Shown: positions 9,984 to 19,763 of the stretch, piece after piece
Position numbering within the stretch: the first letter of the stretch is position 1
Layout: each line of letters starts with the position of its first letter
Origin: Candidatus Binatia bacterium
Lineage (GTDB): Bacteria > Desulfobacterota > Binatia > Bin18
Assembly: GCA_963666315.2 (NCBI GenBank)
Contig: CAXXHG010000008.1
Coordinates: 64,001 to 128,000, forward strand
Direction of reading: 5' to 3'
DNA: 64,000 nucleotides
Made by a program: the position numbers and the translations under genes
Notes under the pieces: generated by a model
What the model saw: the letters and a program-made list of their open reading frames with translations, nothing else
The model's database searches: none
What the model was told of the DNA's origin: nothing

Positions 9984-11273
9984 ATGGCGATTGAAGTCTT
10001 CATGCCCCGCATGAGCGACACCATGGAGGAAGGCAAGATCCTCAAATGGCTCAAAAAGGTTGGGGATCAGGTAGAGCTGGGCGATATTATCGCCGAGGTA
10101 GAAACCGATAAGGCGGATATGGAAATGGAAGCGCTTGACGCTGGGGTCTTGACTGAAATCAGAGCCCAAGAAGGGGAGTCTGTCCCGGTTGGGGATATCA
10201 TTGCGTTGTTAGGAGACGCAGCTGAGGTTGGGAAGGTTGAGGCAGCGCCACCGGCAGCGGTGAAAAAGACGATACGCCCGTCTGATTCCCCCCCAGAAAA
10301 GAAAGTTCGAAAACTTCGCGACACGACACCCAAACGAAAATTGACGGCTCGTAAAAAGGGGCAACGACTCTTAGCCTCTCCCCTTGTGAGGAAGATCGCT
10401 GCCGAGCGCGGCATTGATCTGACGACCGTCCCAGGTAGCGGCCCAGGCGGGCGGATAGTGAAACACGATCTGGAGATTCCCGAGACGGCTCCTGCCGCGG
10501 TGTCGGCCGAACCACACGGGACCGAGAGTGCACAGCAGACAACGGCTGCAGCAGCTTCGGGTGTACCAGCTTCTTCAAGAGACCGAGTTGAGTCTAGAGT
10601 TGAGCCGTTTTCACGCATGCGCGCGACTATTGCTAAACGGATGGCTGATAGCATGCGCGAGGCGCCCCATTTTTATGTCACTATCGAAATCGATATGTCA
10701 GAATCGGTTCGGCTACGTACCTCACTCAAACTGAGTGACCGGGTAGAAGCCGAGGTGACCTATACACATCTGCTGGTCAAAGCAACAGCGGTGGCGCTGG
10801 AGCGACACCCGAGCATGAATGCTGCTTTTGCCGGCGATGGGCGGGAGCTCAAGAGCGAGATCAATATCGGGATTGCGGTTGCGCTTGAGGATGGGCTGAT
10901 TGTCCCGGTGCTGCACGGCTGTCAGAAAATGTCGTTGCTCGACGTTGCGGCTCAGGCCCATGCGCTTGTTGAGCGCGCACGTATGGGCAAACCGACCTCA
11001 AAAGATTTATCTGGTGGGACCTTTACGATTTCTAATCTTGGCATGTATTCTGTAGAGCACTTTACGGCGGTGATTAATCCGCCCCAGGCGGCTATTCTTG
11101 CGACCAGCGCGATTAAAGAGCGGCCTGTGGTACGAGACGGGCAGGTCGTTATCTCCCGGACCATGATGGTGACCCTGTCGTGTGACCATCGGGTTCTGGA
11201 CGGTGCAACCGGAGCCCGGTTTCTGGAAGAGCTGAAGAGTTTATTGGAGAATCCTGTCGGCTTAATGGTGTAA
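9984..11273 (+). CDS. pdhC: 2-oxoacid dehydrogenase E2, dihydrolipoamide acyltransferase
   Basis: One lipoyl domain (VETDKA), E3-binding domain (ASPLVRK..GSGPGGRI), catalytic DHRVLDG. Confidence 0.93.
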   Translation: MAIEVFMPRMSDTMEEGKILKWLKKVGDQVELGDIIAEVETDKADMEMEALDAGVLTEIRAQEGESVPVGDIIALLGDAAEVGKVEAAPPAAVKKTIRPSDSPPEKKVRKLRDTTPKRKLTARKKGQRLLASPLVRKIAAERGIDLTTVPGSGPGGRIVKHDLEIPETAPAAVSAEPHGTESAQQTTAAAASGVPASSRDRVESRVEPFSRMRATIAKRMADSMREAPHFYVTIEIDMSESVRLRTSLKLSDRVEAEVTYTHLLVKATAVALERHPSMNAAFAGDGRELKSEINIGIAVALEDGLIVPVLHGCQKMSLLDVAAQAHALVERARMGKPTSKDLSGGTFTISNLGMYSVEHFTAVINPPQAAILATSAIKERPVVRDGQVVISRTMMVTLSCDHRVLDGATGARFLEELKSLLENPVGLMV

Positions 11274-11303
11274 CGGAACCCTACAACGGTGTAGAGGAAA
11301 TGA

Positions 11304-12713
11304 ATGGAACGATATGATTTGGTGGTGATAGGAGCGGGTCCTGGCGGGTATGTGGCGGCCATACGCGCCACTCAGCTTGGTCTCAAAACTGCGGTAGTGG
11401 AAAAAGACCGCCCCGGCGGAGTATGTCTCAACTGGGGCTGTATTCCGTCAAAAGCGATTCTCACTTCAGCCGAAATGTATGAAGACTTCAAGCACGGTGA
11501 CCAGTACGGTATCAAGGTCAGCGGATTGTCTTTCGACTACGCCCAGGTCATCAAGCGCTCGCGTGATGTCGCCGGGCGGTTGGCCAAAGGTGTTGAATAC
11601 CTGCTCAAAAAGAACAAGGTTCCGTTACTCAGGGGAGCCGGTCGCATTGAGAATACGAATCGGGTGATTATTGAGCCGAGCAGGCAAAATGCGCAAAATG
11701 CGCAAGATACGCAGCGGGTCGAAGCCGACCGGATCTTAATCGCAACGGGATCGCGCGAACGGACCCTGCCCGGACTCGAGATCGATGGCAGGCAAGTCCT
11801 GACGAGTTATGAAGCCCTGACAGAACAGGAAATACCGGAGGCGATTGTCATTATTGGCGGTGGTGCGATTGGGGTTGAGTTCGCCTATATCTACAGCACG
11901 TTTGGCAGTCGGGTGACTGTTGTTGAGATGGAAAAACAGCTGCTGCCCGGCGTTGATAGCGAGGTGGCGCGAGAGCTTGAACGGTCGTTTAAGAAAAAGG
12001 GTATCGAGATCCTGACCAACACCAAATTCCACAGTCTGAAAAAATATCCGGGCCGGGTTGAAGTGCTCTTGGATAACGAGACCGATCAGAAGAAACGCAC
12101 GGCCAATAAAGTCCTGGTTGCCGTGGGTCGGGCCCCACTGAGTGCCGATCTGGGTCTTGAAGACGCCGGGGTTGCCTTAGATCGAGGTTTTATCAAGGTC
12201 AACGAACAATTGCAGACGACCAATCCTGCGATTTATGCCATAGGCGACGTGAATGGCCCACCCCTGCTGGCCCACGCCGCTACGGAAGAAGGTCTAGCCG
12301 CGGTCGAATTCATGACAGGCGAGCGGGAGAAAGGTCTCGACCCGACCCGCATCCCAGCGTGTATTTATTGTCAGCCTCAAGTGGCAGTCCTTGGGCTGAG
12401 CGAAGAGCAAGCCCAAGCACAAGGACATGAAGTCAAAATCGGCAAATTCCCGTTTCGCGCGTTGGGCAAGGCGCTAGCCTCCGGTCATGACGAAGGCATG
12501 GTCAAATTAGTTGTTGATAAAGAGTATGGCGAGATTCTTGGGTGTCACATTATTGGTCGGGGAGCGACCGATCTCATTGCCGAGATTGGGCTGGCACGGA
12601 CGCTTGAAGCGACAACTGCGGAGCTGCGTGAAACCGTTCATGCCCATCCGACGTTGTCTGAGGCCATTATGGAAGCTGCGCTGGATGCTGAAGGGCGAGG
12701 GATAAATTTCTAG
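11304..12713 (+). CDS. lpdA: Dihydrolipoyl dehydrogenase
   Basis: GAGPGG, GGVCLNWGCIPSK redox disulfide, GGGAIG, HAHPTLSE. Confidence 0.97.
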   Translation: MERYDLVVIGAGPGGYVAAIRATQLGLKTAVVEKDRPGGVCLNWGCIPSKAILTSAEMYEDFKHGDQYGIKVSGLSFDYAQVIKRSRDVAGRLAKGVEYLLKKNKVPLLRGAGRIENTNRVIIEPSRQNAQNAQDTQRVEADRILIATGSRERTLPGLEIDGRQVLTSYEALTEQEIPEAIVIIGGGAIGVEFAYIYSTFGSRVTVVEMEKQLLPGVDSEVARELERSFKKKGIEILTNTKFHSLKKYPGRVEVLLDNETDQKKRTANKVLVAVGRAPLSADLGLEDAGVALDRGFIKVNEQLQTTNPAIYAIGDVNGPPLLAHAATEEGLAAVEFMTGEREKGLDPTRIPACIYCQPQVAVLGLSEEQAQAQGHEVKIGKFPFRALGKALASGHDEGMVKLVVDKEYGEILGCHIIGRGATDLIAEIGLARTLEATTAELRETVHAHPTLSEAIMEAALDAEGRGINF

Positions 12714-12769
12714 CACTATTTGGGATAGTGCTGAGAGAGTGCTGAGATAGTGGAGTCTGCGAGCACTGT

Positions 12770-13465
12770 ATGAAACTGGCGTGTGCTGATCTTGGTGTCA
12801 TTGACTACTCCCTCGCATTGGGGTTGCAGCACACGCTGGTCGCCCAACGCTATGCAGACGAAATCCCCGATACGCTCCTACTGCTAGAACATCCACCCGT
12901 GTTTACCTTGGGTCGAGGCGGAGACGCAAAACACCTGCTTACCCCTGGTCAGGTCCCCGTCCAGAGAGTCAGCCGTGGCGGCGATGTTACTTTTCATGGG
13001 CCGGGGCAATTGGTTGGCTATCCTATTGTCGCCCTCAAGCAGCATGGTAAAGACGTACACGTCTATTTGCGACAACTAGAAGACGTGCTGATCTCGACCT
13101 TGGCAGAATGGGGTATTGGTGCCCACAGGCAAGACGGACTGACCGGGGTGTGGGTTGGATCGCATAAGATCGCGTCGATTGGTATAGGCGTACGCCGCTG
13201 GGTTACGTTTCACGGTTTCGCGCTCAACGTCAATACCGACCTGAGCTATTTCTCAGCCATCGTTCCGTGTGGGCTGTATGGCGTCCGCATCACGTCCGTG
13301 CAACAGCTGCTCGCAACAGCGGTCCCTCTCGGCGATATGAAGTCGGCTGTGGCACGCGGTTTTGCCCAAGTATTTGGTCACCAGGAGATAGTATGGAACA
13401 CGAACTTGCCGAAGTCAGCTCTAACGATGTCAGCTCTGAGCGAGCAACCGGCTCACGCCCTGTGA
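12770..13465 (+). CDS. lipB: Lipoyl(octanoyl) transferase
   Basis: LEHPPVFTLG, RGGDVTFHGPGQLVGYP, KIASIG, HGFALN, IVPCG. Confidence 0.96.
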   Translation: MKLACADLGVIDYSLALGLQHTLVAQRYADEIPDTLLLLEHPPVFTLGRGGDAKHLLTPGQVPVQRVSRGGDVTFHGPGQLVGYPIVALKQHGKDVHVYLRQLEDVLISTLAEWGIGAHRQDGLTGVWVGSHKIASIGIGVRRWVTFHGFALNVNTDLSYFSAIVPCGLYGVRITSVQQLLATAVPLGDMKSAVARGFAQVFGHQEIVWNTNLPKSALTMSALSEQPAHAL

Positions 13466-14310
13466 GGCGGCGCCATCCGGACTGGATTAAGGTCCGTATG
13501 CCGGGCGGTCCGGATTATAAACAGACCCATGCGATAGTTGCGGCGTTCAAGCTGCATACCGTCTGTCAGGAGGCGCAATGCCCCAATATAGGTGAATGCT
13601 GGGGGCATGGTACCGCAACGTTTATGCTGATGGGCGACGTCTGTACGCGCAATTGTCGTTTCTGTGCCGTGAGCCACGGCCGTATGGTTAAGCTGGATCC
13701 TGACGAACCACGTCGTGTAGCCGATGCAGCGCTCAAGATGGGGCTGTCTCATGTGGTGGTGACTTCAGTCAACCGAGATGATCTACCCGACGGTGGGGCG
13801 AGCCATTTTGCCGAAACCGTTCATGCGATTAAGCGGCTCCAACCAGACTGCACTATTGAAGTGTTGACACCGGATTTCCAGGGCAATGAAGACGCGGTGT
13901 CCGTCGTGGCGCAGTCGCCCATTGATGTTTTTAATCACAACACAGAGAGCGTACCGCGCTTGTATAAACGCGTCCGCCCTGGCGCAAAGTATGAGCGCTC
14001 CCTGCGCGTACTAGAAAAAGTCAAAGAAGTCCGGCCCAATTTAAAGACCAAGACGGGTCTCATGCTCGGCCTAGGGGAGACATATGCAGAGCTATTGAGT
14101 GTTTTTGGTGATCTGCGCGCAGTGGATTGCAACATCCTCACGCTTGGTCAATATCTCCAACCGTCTCAAGAGCAGTTGCCTGTTGAACGCTACGTCCATC
14201 CGGACGAATTCAAGATTTTACGTGAAGAAGCGCTCGGGCTCGGTTTCCGTCATGTCGAATCCGGCCCGCTTGTGCGCAGCTCGTATCATGCCTGGAAACA
14301 TGTGGGGTAA
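13393..14310 (+). CDS. lipA: Lipoyl synthase
   Basis: CQEAQCPNIGEC, CTRNCRFC radical-SAM motif, RSSY. ATG 13393 follows AGGAG and overlaps lipB by 73 nt. Confidence 0.97.
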   Translation: MEHELAEVSSNDVSSERATGSRPVRRRHPDWIKVRMPGGPDYKQTHAIVAAFKLHTVCQEAQCPNIGECWGHGTATFMLMGDVCTRNCRFCAVSHGRMVKLDPDEPRRVADAALKMGLSHVVVTSVNRDDLPDGGASHFAETVHAIKRLQPDCTIEVLTPDFQGNEDAVSVVAQSPIDVFNHNTESVPRLYKRVRPGAKYERSLRVLEKVKEVRPNLKTKTGLMLGLGETYAELLSVFGDLRAVDCNILTLGQYLQPSQEQLPVERYVHPDEFKILREEALGLGFRHVESGPLVRSSYHAWKHVG

Positions 14311-14326
14311 GAAAAAGGAGATCCCC

Positions 14327-14712
14327 ATGGCATTACCCAGCAAAGTCAAAATCGTTGCCCTGACAGCCAGAGACGGATTAGAGGGCATTAAGCATCTGGT
14401 TCCGGTGGATTTTCGTGTCGAGCTAGTCAATCGTCTGTCGGATGCGGGCTTGCCGTCCATTGAAGTCGGCGAGTTCGTCAGTCCCAAGATCATTCCGGCC
14501 ATGCAAGGGTCGGATCAGGTTGCTCAGCAGATCGAAGCAAAACCTGCCGTGGAATACAGCGCACTCGTGACCTCGACAAAGCCGTTGTCATTGGTAGATG
14601 GGCCACAGAGGGGATGAATCACCGCTTAGACTCTAAGATTGGTGAGGCTATGACCAAGCCCAACATGACCTATTTTGAGAAGGTCGATCACGGGGTGCGG
14701 CTCAGCGCGTAG
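14327..14712 (+). pseudogene. HMG-CoA lyase-like gene with a large internal deletion
   Basis: N-terminus (VKIV..RDGL..IEVGEFVSPKIIPAM..YSALV) is joined at ~14568 out of frame to a C-terminal-like segment DLDKAVVIGRWATEGMNHRLDSKIGEA, ending TAG at 14712. Confidence 0.75.
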
Positions 14713-14754
14713 TGCCGGGGTGGGTTCCTGCAACAGGCTATACCAATCAGTGGG

Positions 14755-14801
14755 GTAGGGCGGTTCGTGAACCTCCCGGGCAATTTATGAATTGCCCCTA
14801 C
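14755..14801. repeat. Composite GTAG-family REP element with two palindromes in tandem
   Basis: GTA-GGGCGGTTCGTGAACCTCCC-GGGCAATTTATGAATTGCCC-CTAC, bounded by GTAG and CTAC. Confidence 0.75.
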
Positions 14802-15168
14802 TTTTTGTCGGCGTTGTGCTTTGGGCACCATCCGTGCCTGAATGAGAAGAATCCTTCTCTGAAGCCGTTGTCTGACTGGACAAAACACCAATCACGACAA
14901 ACATGGTAACGATCAGCGAGAGGTAAAAGAGCCGCAGAGTTGTTGACCAAAAAGTTGCGCTCCAGGTTGGTTCGTCACTAACGAACCGCTGTGGGTTCAT
15001 CTCAAAGTCAACATCGTCCTCGCTTTTTTGCCGGACATTATCGTAGACAGCCCGAAACAGCCGTTCTTGCCACCGGTAGTAGGCATCCAAAATCCAAAAC
15101 ACGATCAACGGCACAAACGCAATCCAGATAAATGCGATCTTCTGGTCAGTCGCAACTGACAGCGCCAG
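14785..15168 (-). pseudogene. 5'-truncated small membrane protein of the WILDAYY..ERLFR..YD family
   Basis: LALSVATDQKIAFIWIAFVPLIVFWILDAYYRWQERLFRAVYDNVR. No start codon or N-terminal segment upstream, and the stop falls inside the REP. Confidence 0.6.
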
Positions 15169-15219
15169 TCTCGTCAGAAATTTTTCCTTCAGTATTGATT
15201 TTGCTTCTTGCTCCTGGGA

Positions 15220-15366
15220 TCAGAAGTTTGGATTTCTTACCCATTTGAATAGGCGATGAAAGGGATGCTCTGCCCATACCCTAAAGGCTTTCTTGGCGCC
15301 CGGTTTGAGGTCTTCCTCAAGCAACCGGTAAGCAGTCCAAAAAGAAGGCAGGGTAGCCGAGTTCAT
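15220..15366 (-). pseudogene. Truncated RelE/ParE-like toxin
   Basis: MNSATLPSFWTAYRLLEEDLKPGAKKAFRVWAEHPFH then diverges and stops at 48 aa. ATGA overlap with the antitoxin. Confidence 0.65.
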
Positions 15367-15590
15367 AGCTGTTCATAGTCGAGGCTTTGCCTGTCCTGCA
15401 GTGATTTCCTGTTTGGCGTGTCGGGCAGCTGTGATAAGCTGGGCTTAGGTTTTTTAAAGGTTGAGTCCCATTGTAACTCATCTCGGAGATCTTCGATGTA
15501 TTCTCGGAGATGGTCTGCAACGCGATCCTGCACGGGATCAGGCAACGACTCTATCATTTTGACTACAGTAGCAATGACAGCGGAGGACAT
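15363..15590 (-). pseudogene. Degenerate antitoxin cognate to the ParE-like toxin
   Basis: MSSAVIATVVKMIESLP..HLREYIEDLRDELQWD. The family-like continuation AQLITAARHAKQEI..AKP lies in another frame after the A6 run and is preceded by TAA. Confidence 0.6.
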
Positions 15591-15775
15591 GGGCAAACTC
15601 TCCTCTCGAACTTGGGTGATAGCTTTGAATGCTTCTGTTTTCAAGCTCTCGTGACCCTGTAACAAAGCCCTATAGGGCATAATACAAGCACTTACTGCAA
15701 ACAGCCCCATTGCAATACTTCGGTGTTAATCAGAATCCCAACCCGGATTTAGCGCCAGTTTGAAGGACTCTTTTC

Positions 15776-16768
15776 CTAAAGAACCTTCACCAACTCGTCC
15801 GTCTCGCTGTAAGTAAACGGCACTACCTTGCCGTTCAACCGAGCCTGGATTCCTGGTTCTTGTGTCACGGTCCCAATGACCCGAGCGGGAATATTTTCTG
15901 ACTGAAGAACCTTTTCGAGACCGCGCCATTTATCCGCACGAATCGTTAACAACAGCGTCCCCGAGCTAATCAAGCCAAGCGGATTGATACCAAAATGTTC
16001 GCAAATGGCTGTAGTGGAGGGCAGGGTGGGGATTTTGTCGAGCTCGATCTGCATGCCCAGGCTGCTTGCAGCGGCGAGTTCGTATAGCCCCATGGCAACC
16101 CCGCCTTCGGTCGGATCATGCATAGCGGTTGCGCCGTGTTGAGCAGCTAACAGGGCTTCTTTGACTATGGATATGCCGAACGTTGTGCGGATTTGTTGAG
16201 CCTCGTGTTGAAGCTCTGCCGAAAGGACCGAGCCCAGCTCTCGTCGCTTTTCCGCAAAGAGAATGCTCGTTCCTTCCAGCCCGGCGGTTTTGGTCACAAT
16301 AATCAGATCGCCGGCCTGTGTGCCTTCTGTTGTTATCAATTTGTCTTTGGCAACTAGGCCGGACATGTTGCCGACAACAACCGGCTGGCTGACAGACGCT
16401 GTGATTTCAGTATGCCCACCAGTCACGGCTATCCCTAAATCTCGACAAGTGGAATCGATCTGGGCAAACGTCTGTCGTACCGTTTCTTCTGGAGTATCTG
16501 GCGGAAACAGCAGACAGGTTTGAAACCAGGCTGGGCGAGCGCCCATCGTGGCGACGTCGTTGGCGTTGATATGTACAGCATACCACCCTACGTCATTTGC
16601 CGTGAACGTTACCGGGTCTGTCTTCACAATAAGATACTGCTCGCCAACATCAATGACCGCGCAGTCTTCACCAAAACGTGGACCGATGAGGACACGCGAG
16701 TCTTGTCTCCCTGTCTGTGAGATGCAGGTCTTGAGAAAATCGACTGGGAGTTTGCCCAGGGGTAGCAT
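15776..16768 (-). CDS. AIR synthase-related (PurM-like fold) protein
   Basis: GKLP, GEDCAVID, KTDP, NANDVATMG, TGGHTE, MHDPTEGG. Lacks the HypE C-terminal Cys. Confidence 0.85.
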   Translation of the reverse strand: MLPLGKLPVDFLKTCISQTGRQDSRVLIGPRFGEDCAVIDVGEQYLIVKTDPVTFTANDVGWYAVHINANDVATMGARPAWFQTCLLFPPDTPEETVRQTFAQIDSTCRDLGIAVTGGHTEITASVSQPVVVGNMSGLVAKDKLITTEGTQAGDLIIVTKTAGLEGTSILFAEKRRELGSVLSAELQHEAQQIRTTFGISIVKEALLAAQHGATAMHDPTEGGVAMGLYELAAASSLGMQIELDKIPTLPSTTAICEHFGINPLGLISSGTLLLTIRADKWRGLEKVLQSENIPARVIGTVTQEPGIQARLNGKVVPFTYSETDELVKVL

Positions 16769-16798
16769 ACCGGCTCACTCCGCATTGGCTAACTGGGC

Positions 16799-18202
16799 CT
16801 ACTCAGGCGTCTTTGCCGCGGCACCGGATTGTTCTGGTGTTGACTGGCCGTTATCTCCACCGGCTGAGCTCTCCGCCGCCTGTGCGCTGGCGAGTCCCGC
16901 CTTTTCTAGATCGGCAACGACAACTTGGAGAAACTGATCTGGCTTGAGGTGATTCTTAGCCGCCGCCTTGACCTGCTCAAGCGTGACCGCCCCGATGATG
17001 CCTGCATAGCGATCCGTATAGTCCAAGCCCAGCTCGTAAAACTCTAGTACCGGCAGCATACCGGCGACATTACGGTTTGAGACCAGCCGTAGCGGAAAGC
17101 TATTAATGAAGTACGCCTTGGCTGCTTTGAGTTCCGCTTCGGTTGCGCCTTCTTCGATGAACTGCCGAATGACTGCCAAGGTTTCATCGATGGCTTGCAG
17201 CGCACTTTCGTTCTTGGTCTGGAGTGAAACGATGAACGGGCCAGGGTGCTTGTGCGCCGAGAAATGGCTACTGATGGAATATACATAGCCTTTCTCTTCG
17301 CGGATACGATCCATGAGGCGCGACCCGAATCCCCCGCCACCGAGAATATAATTCATGACTAAGACTGCATAGTAGTCCGGATGTGAACGGGGAATGCCGG
17401 GCTGGCCAATGAGAATATTGGCTTGGGTAACTTCTTTATTGAGCTGCAACTGTTCGGCCTGCACCGTCGGTGGATCAGGCCAGGAGACGGCTGGCAGGTC
17501 CGCCGGCTTCCACTGTGCAAAGTGTGTGACCAACAGCGTGGTTATCTGTTCCAGGGTGATTTCTCCAGCTACAGCAATGATGGCGTTATTCGGGCGGTAA
17601 TAGGTGGTATGAAACTGCTTGACGTCGTTTGTGCTGATCCGCGCCAGCGTTGCTGCTTGTCCGGAGACCAGCCGACCGTATGGGTGCTGAGGGTAGAGGT
17701 TCGCCTTGAAGGCTTTATTTGCCACCCAACCCGGATCTTCTTCGCGACTTTGAATGCCGCCTTCAATTTCTTTCCGAATGCGTTCAAATTCATCTTGCGG
17801 AAATGTCGGCGCTAGCAGCACTTCGGCCAACAGGGCGAAAGACTTATCAATATTCTTAGTCAACGTGGTCAGATTGATCGTGGTCGTATCGTGTCCCGCT
17901 CCTATGGATAATGAGGTGCCTAAGAAGTCGAGTTCCTCTGCCAGTGCTTGGGCTGAGTAGCTTTTTGTTCCGCGCGTGAGCAGTTCGGCGGTGAGGTTTG
18001 CAACTCCCTGTTTACCTTGGGGATCAACGGCGGCTCCTGTCTTGAGGATCATGGTCATAATCGCCATCGGCAGGCCCGGCCGTTCGGCAACAAGGAGGAT
18101 TGCTCCATTGTCGAGTACAGTCCGCGTCCCGAGCGGTGCAGCAGAAAGGGGTGCAACAAAAATAGCGATCAGGAGAAGACTGGTTATGAGCGATCGTTTC
18201 AT
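16799..18202 (-). CDS. M16 family peptidase, non-catalytic-type subunit with signal peptide
   Basis: LDNG, RGTK, HPYG, LGGGGFGSRL..IREEKGYVY. No HxxEH. Confidence 0.9.
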   Translation of the reverse strand: MKRSLITSLLLIAIFVAPLSAAPLGTRTVLDNGAILLVAERPGLPMAIMTMILKTGAAVDPQGKQGVANLTAELLTRGTKSYSAQALAEELDFLGTSLSIGAGHDTTTINLTTLTKNIDKSFALLAEVLLAPTFPQDEFERIRKEIEGGIQSREEDPGWVANKAFKANLYPQHPYGRLVSGQAATLARISTNDVKQFHTTYYRPNNAIIAVAGEITLEQITTLLVTHFAQWKPADLPAVSWPDPPTVQAEQLQLNKEVTQANILIGQPGIPRSHPDYYAVLVMNYILGGGGFGSRLMDRIREEKGYVYSISSHFSAHKHPGPFIVSLQTKNESALQAIDETLAVIRQFIEEGATEAELKAAKAYFINSFPLRLVSNRNVAGMLPVLEFYELGLDYTDRYAGIIGAVTLEQVKAAAKNHLKPDQFLQVVVADLEKAGLASAQAAESSAGGDNGQSTPEQSGAAAKTPE

Positions 18203-18255
18203 ACCTTGGTTTCCTTATGACTTGAATAAGCCGATCAGAAGAATTTTACTCGGTG

Positions 18256-19653
18256 TTAGTGCGCACTCGTGCGGCTTGGGCCCCCACGCGGCGATTCTCG
18301 AATGGGAGTACCGTCTGGCTCTAAAATTCCAACTGTCCGATTATTCTCAGTCAAATACTTTTGAACAGCCAGCTGAACCTGTTCAGCTGCGACTGCCCGA
18401 AGACCTGGAATCACTTTGTGAATCAAGCGCCAATCGCCCAAAGAGGCATACTGACCAAGTTGCATCGCGCGATAGAAGAGTGAATCCTGCCCATAGATAA
18501 AACGTGACTCAACCAAGTTCTTTGCCCGCTCCAGATCGTTTGCTGTGACTGGCTGTGTCTGGAGTCGTTCGACTTCGGCATACAGGGCTTTTTCGGCCTC
18601 CTGCCAGGTTTTCCCGGGCGCGATACGCATGGAGAGGGTGAAGAGTGGCGGATCCTTTGATGTTCGGTTATAGCCCGCGTTGGTACTCAGGACGAGCTGT
18701 TTGTCTTCGACCAGAGATCGTTGCAGACGTGCACTCCGACCTCCGCCAAGTATCACCGCTGCAAGTGACAGAGCAAAACTCTCGTCCTGTTCAAGATTCG
18801 GGACGTGATAGCCTGCGATATAAATGGGCAAAGACGCTGGCCGTCTGAGGAAGACGCGCCGTTCGCCACGCTGCGGAGGCTCAACCGAGGTTACGGCCGG
18901 AATCGTTGGCCCAGCCGGAACGGTGCCGAACGTGTCTTGTATTTTGGGCAGCAGGGTGGCTGACGTGACGTCGCCGGCAATCACGAGAGTGGCATTCCCA
19001 GGCGCATAATATGCCTGACGATAGGCTTTGACGTCTTCGAGGGCGATAGACTCGAGATCGTGCATCCAACCAACAATAGGCCAGCCATACGGGTGAGCGG
19101 TAAACGCAGCGGCACTGACTTGTTCCCATATATCAGAGCCGGGCTCATCGGCAGTACGGAGCCGCCGCTCTTCCATGACGATTTTTTGTTCCGCAGCAAA
19201 TCCCTCGTCATCAAGAATAAGATGCGCCATGCGGTCTGCTTCGAGTTCTAGGAAGAGATCCAAATGCTGAACCGCGGCGCTTTCAAAATACACGGTATGG
19301 TCTGTGGACGTGAACGCATTATGCCGCCCGCCGCGCTCTTGGACTAAGCGGGAAAACTCGCCTTTGCCGTATGTCGGCGTGCCTCTGAACATGAGGTGTT
19401 CAAGCAGATGAGAAATACCGGTAATGCCCGGACGTTCGTTACGCGAACCAACCCGATACCACACCTGAAGAGTGACGACCGGCGCACGCTGGTCCTCTAA
19501 AATGAGGACGGTGAGTCCGTTGTCGAGGATATTCTGTGTGACTTTCCAGCCGCTTTTTTCGGTCGGCAGAGGCTGAGTGTACCCCAATTGTGACCAGCTC
19601 AGAAAGGCCAGCAAACAGATGAGCGTACGAAAGCGTTGCACATGTGTATTCAT
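18256..19653 (-). CDS. M16 family zinc peptidase (catalytic subunit), start approximate
   Basis: WYRVGS, GISHLLEHLMFRGT (HxxEH), NAFTSTD, VMEER, HPYG. Confidence 0.92.
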   Translation of the reverse strand: MNTHVQRFRTLICLLAFLSWSQLGYTQPLPTEKSGWKVTQNILDNGLTVLILEDQRAPVVTLQVWYRVGSRNERPGITGISHLLEHLMFRGTPTYGKGEFSRLVQERGGRHNAFTSTDHTVYFESAAVQHLDLFLELEADRMAHLILDDEGFAAEQKIVMEERRLRTADEPGSDIWEQVSAAAFTAHPYGWPIVGWMHDLESIALEDVKAYRQAYYAPGNATLVIAGDVTSATLLPKIQDTFGTVPAGPTIPAVTSVEPPQRGERRVFLRRPASLPIYIAGYHVPNLEQDESFALSLAAVILGGGRSARLQRSLVEDKQLVLSTNAGYNRTSKDPPLFTLSMRIAPGKTWQEAEKALYAEVERLQTQPVTANDLERAKNLVESRFIYGQDSLFYRAMQLGQYASLGDWRLIHKVIPGLRAVAAEQVQLAVQKYLTENNRTVGILEPDGTPIRESPRGGPSRTSAH

Positions 19654-19763
19654 TATGACCATGTTCGCGAACGTCTGCCCTGTTTGCAAGGGGAGAGTGC
19701 ATGCGCGGAGAAGAAACGTGAAGAATAGAAAGCAGGGAGGGGTTTTTCTTCCACTAGAAACGG

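Noticed and set aside
15776-16768. Hydrogenase maturation protein HypE
   Set aside because: It lacks the C-terminal PRIC cysteine and there are no hyp or hydrogenase genes nearby.
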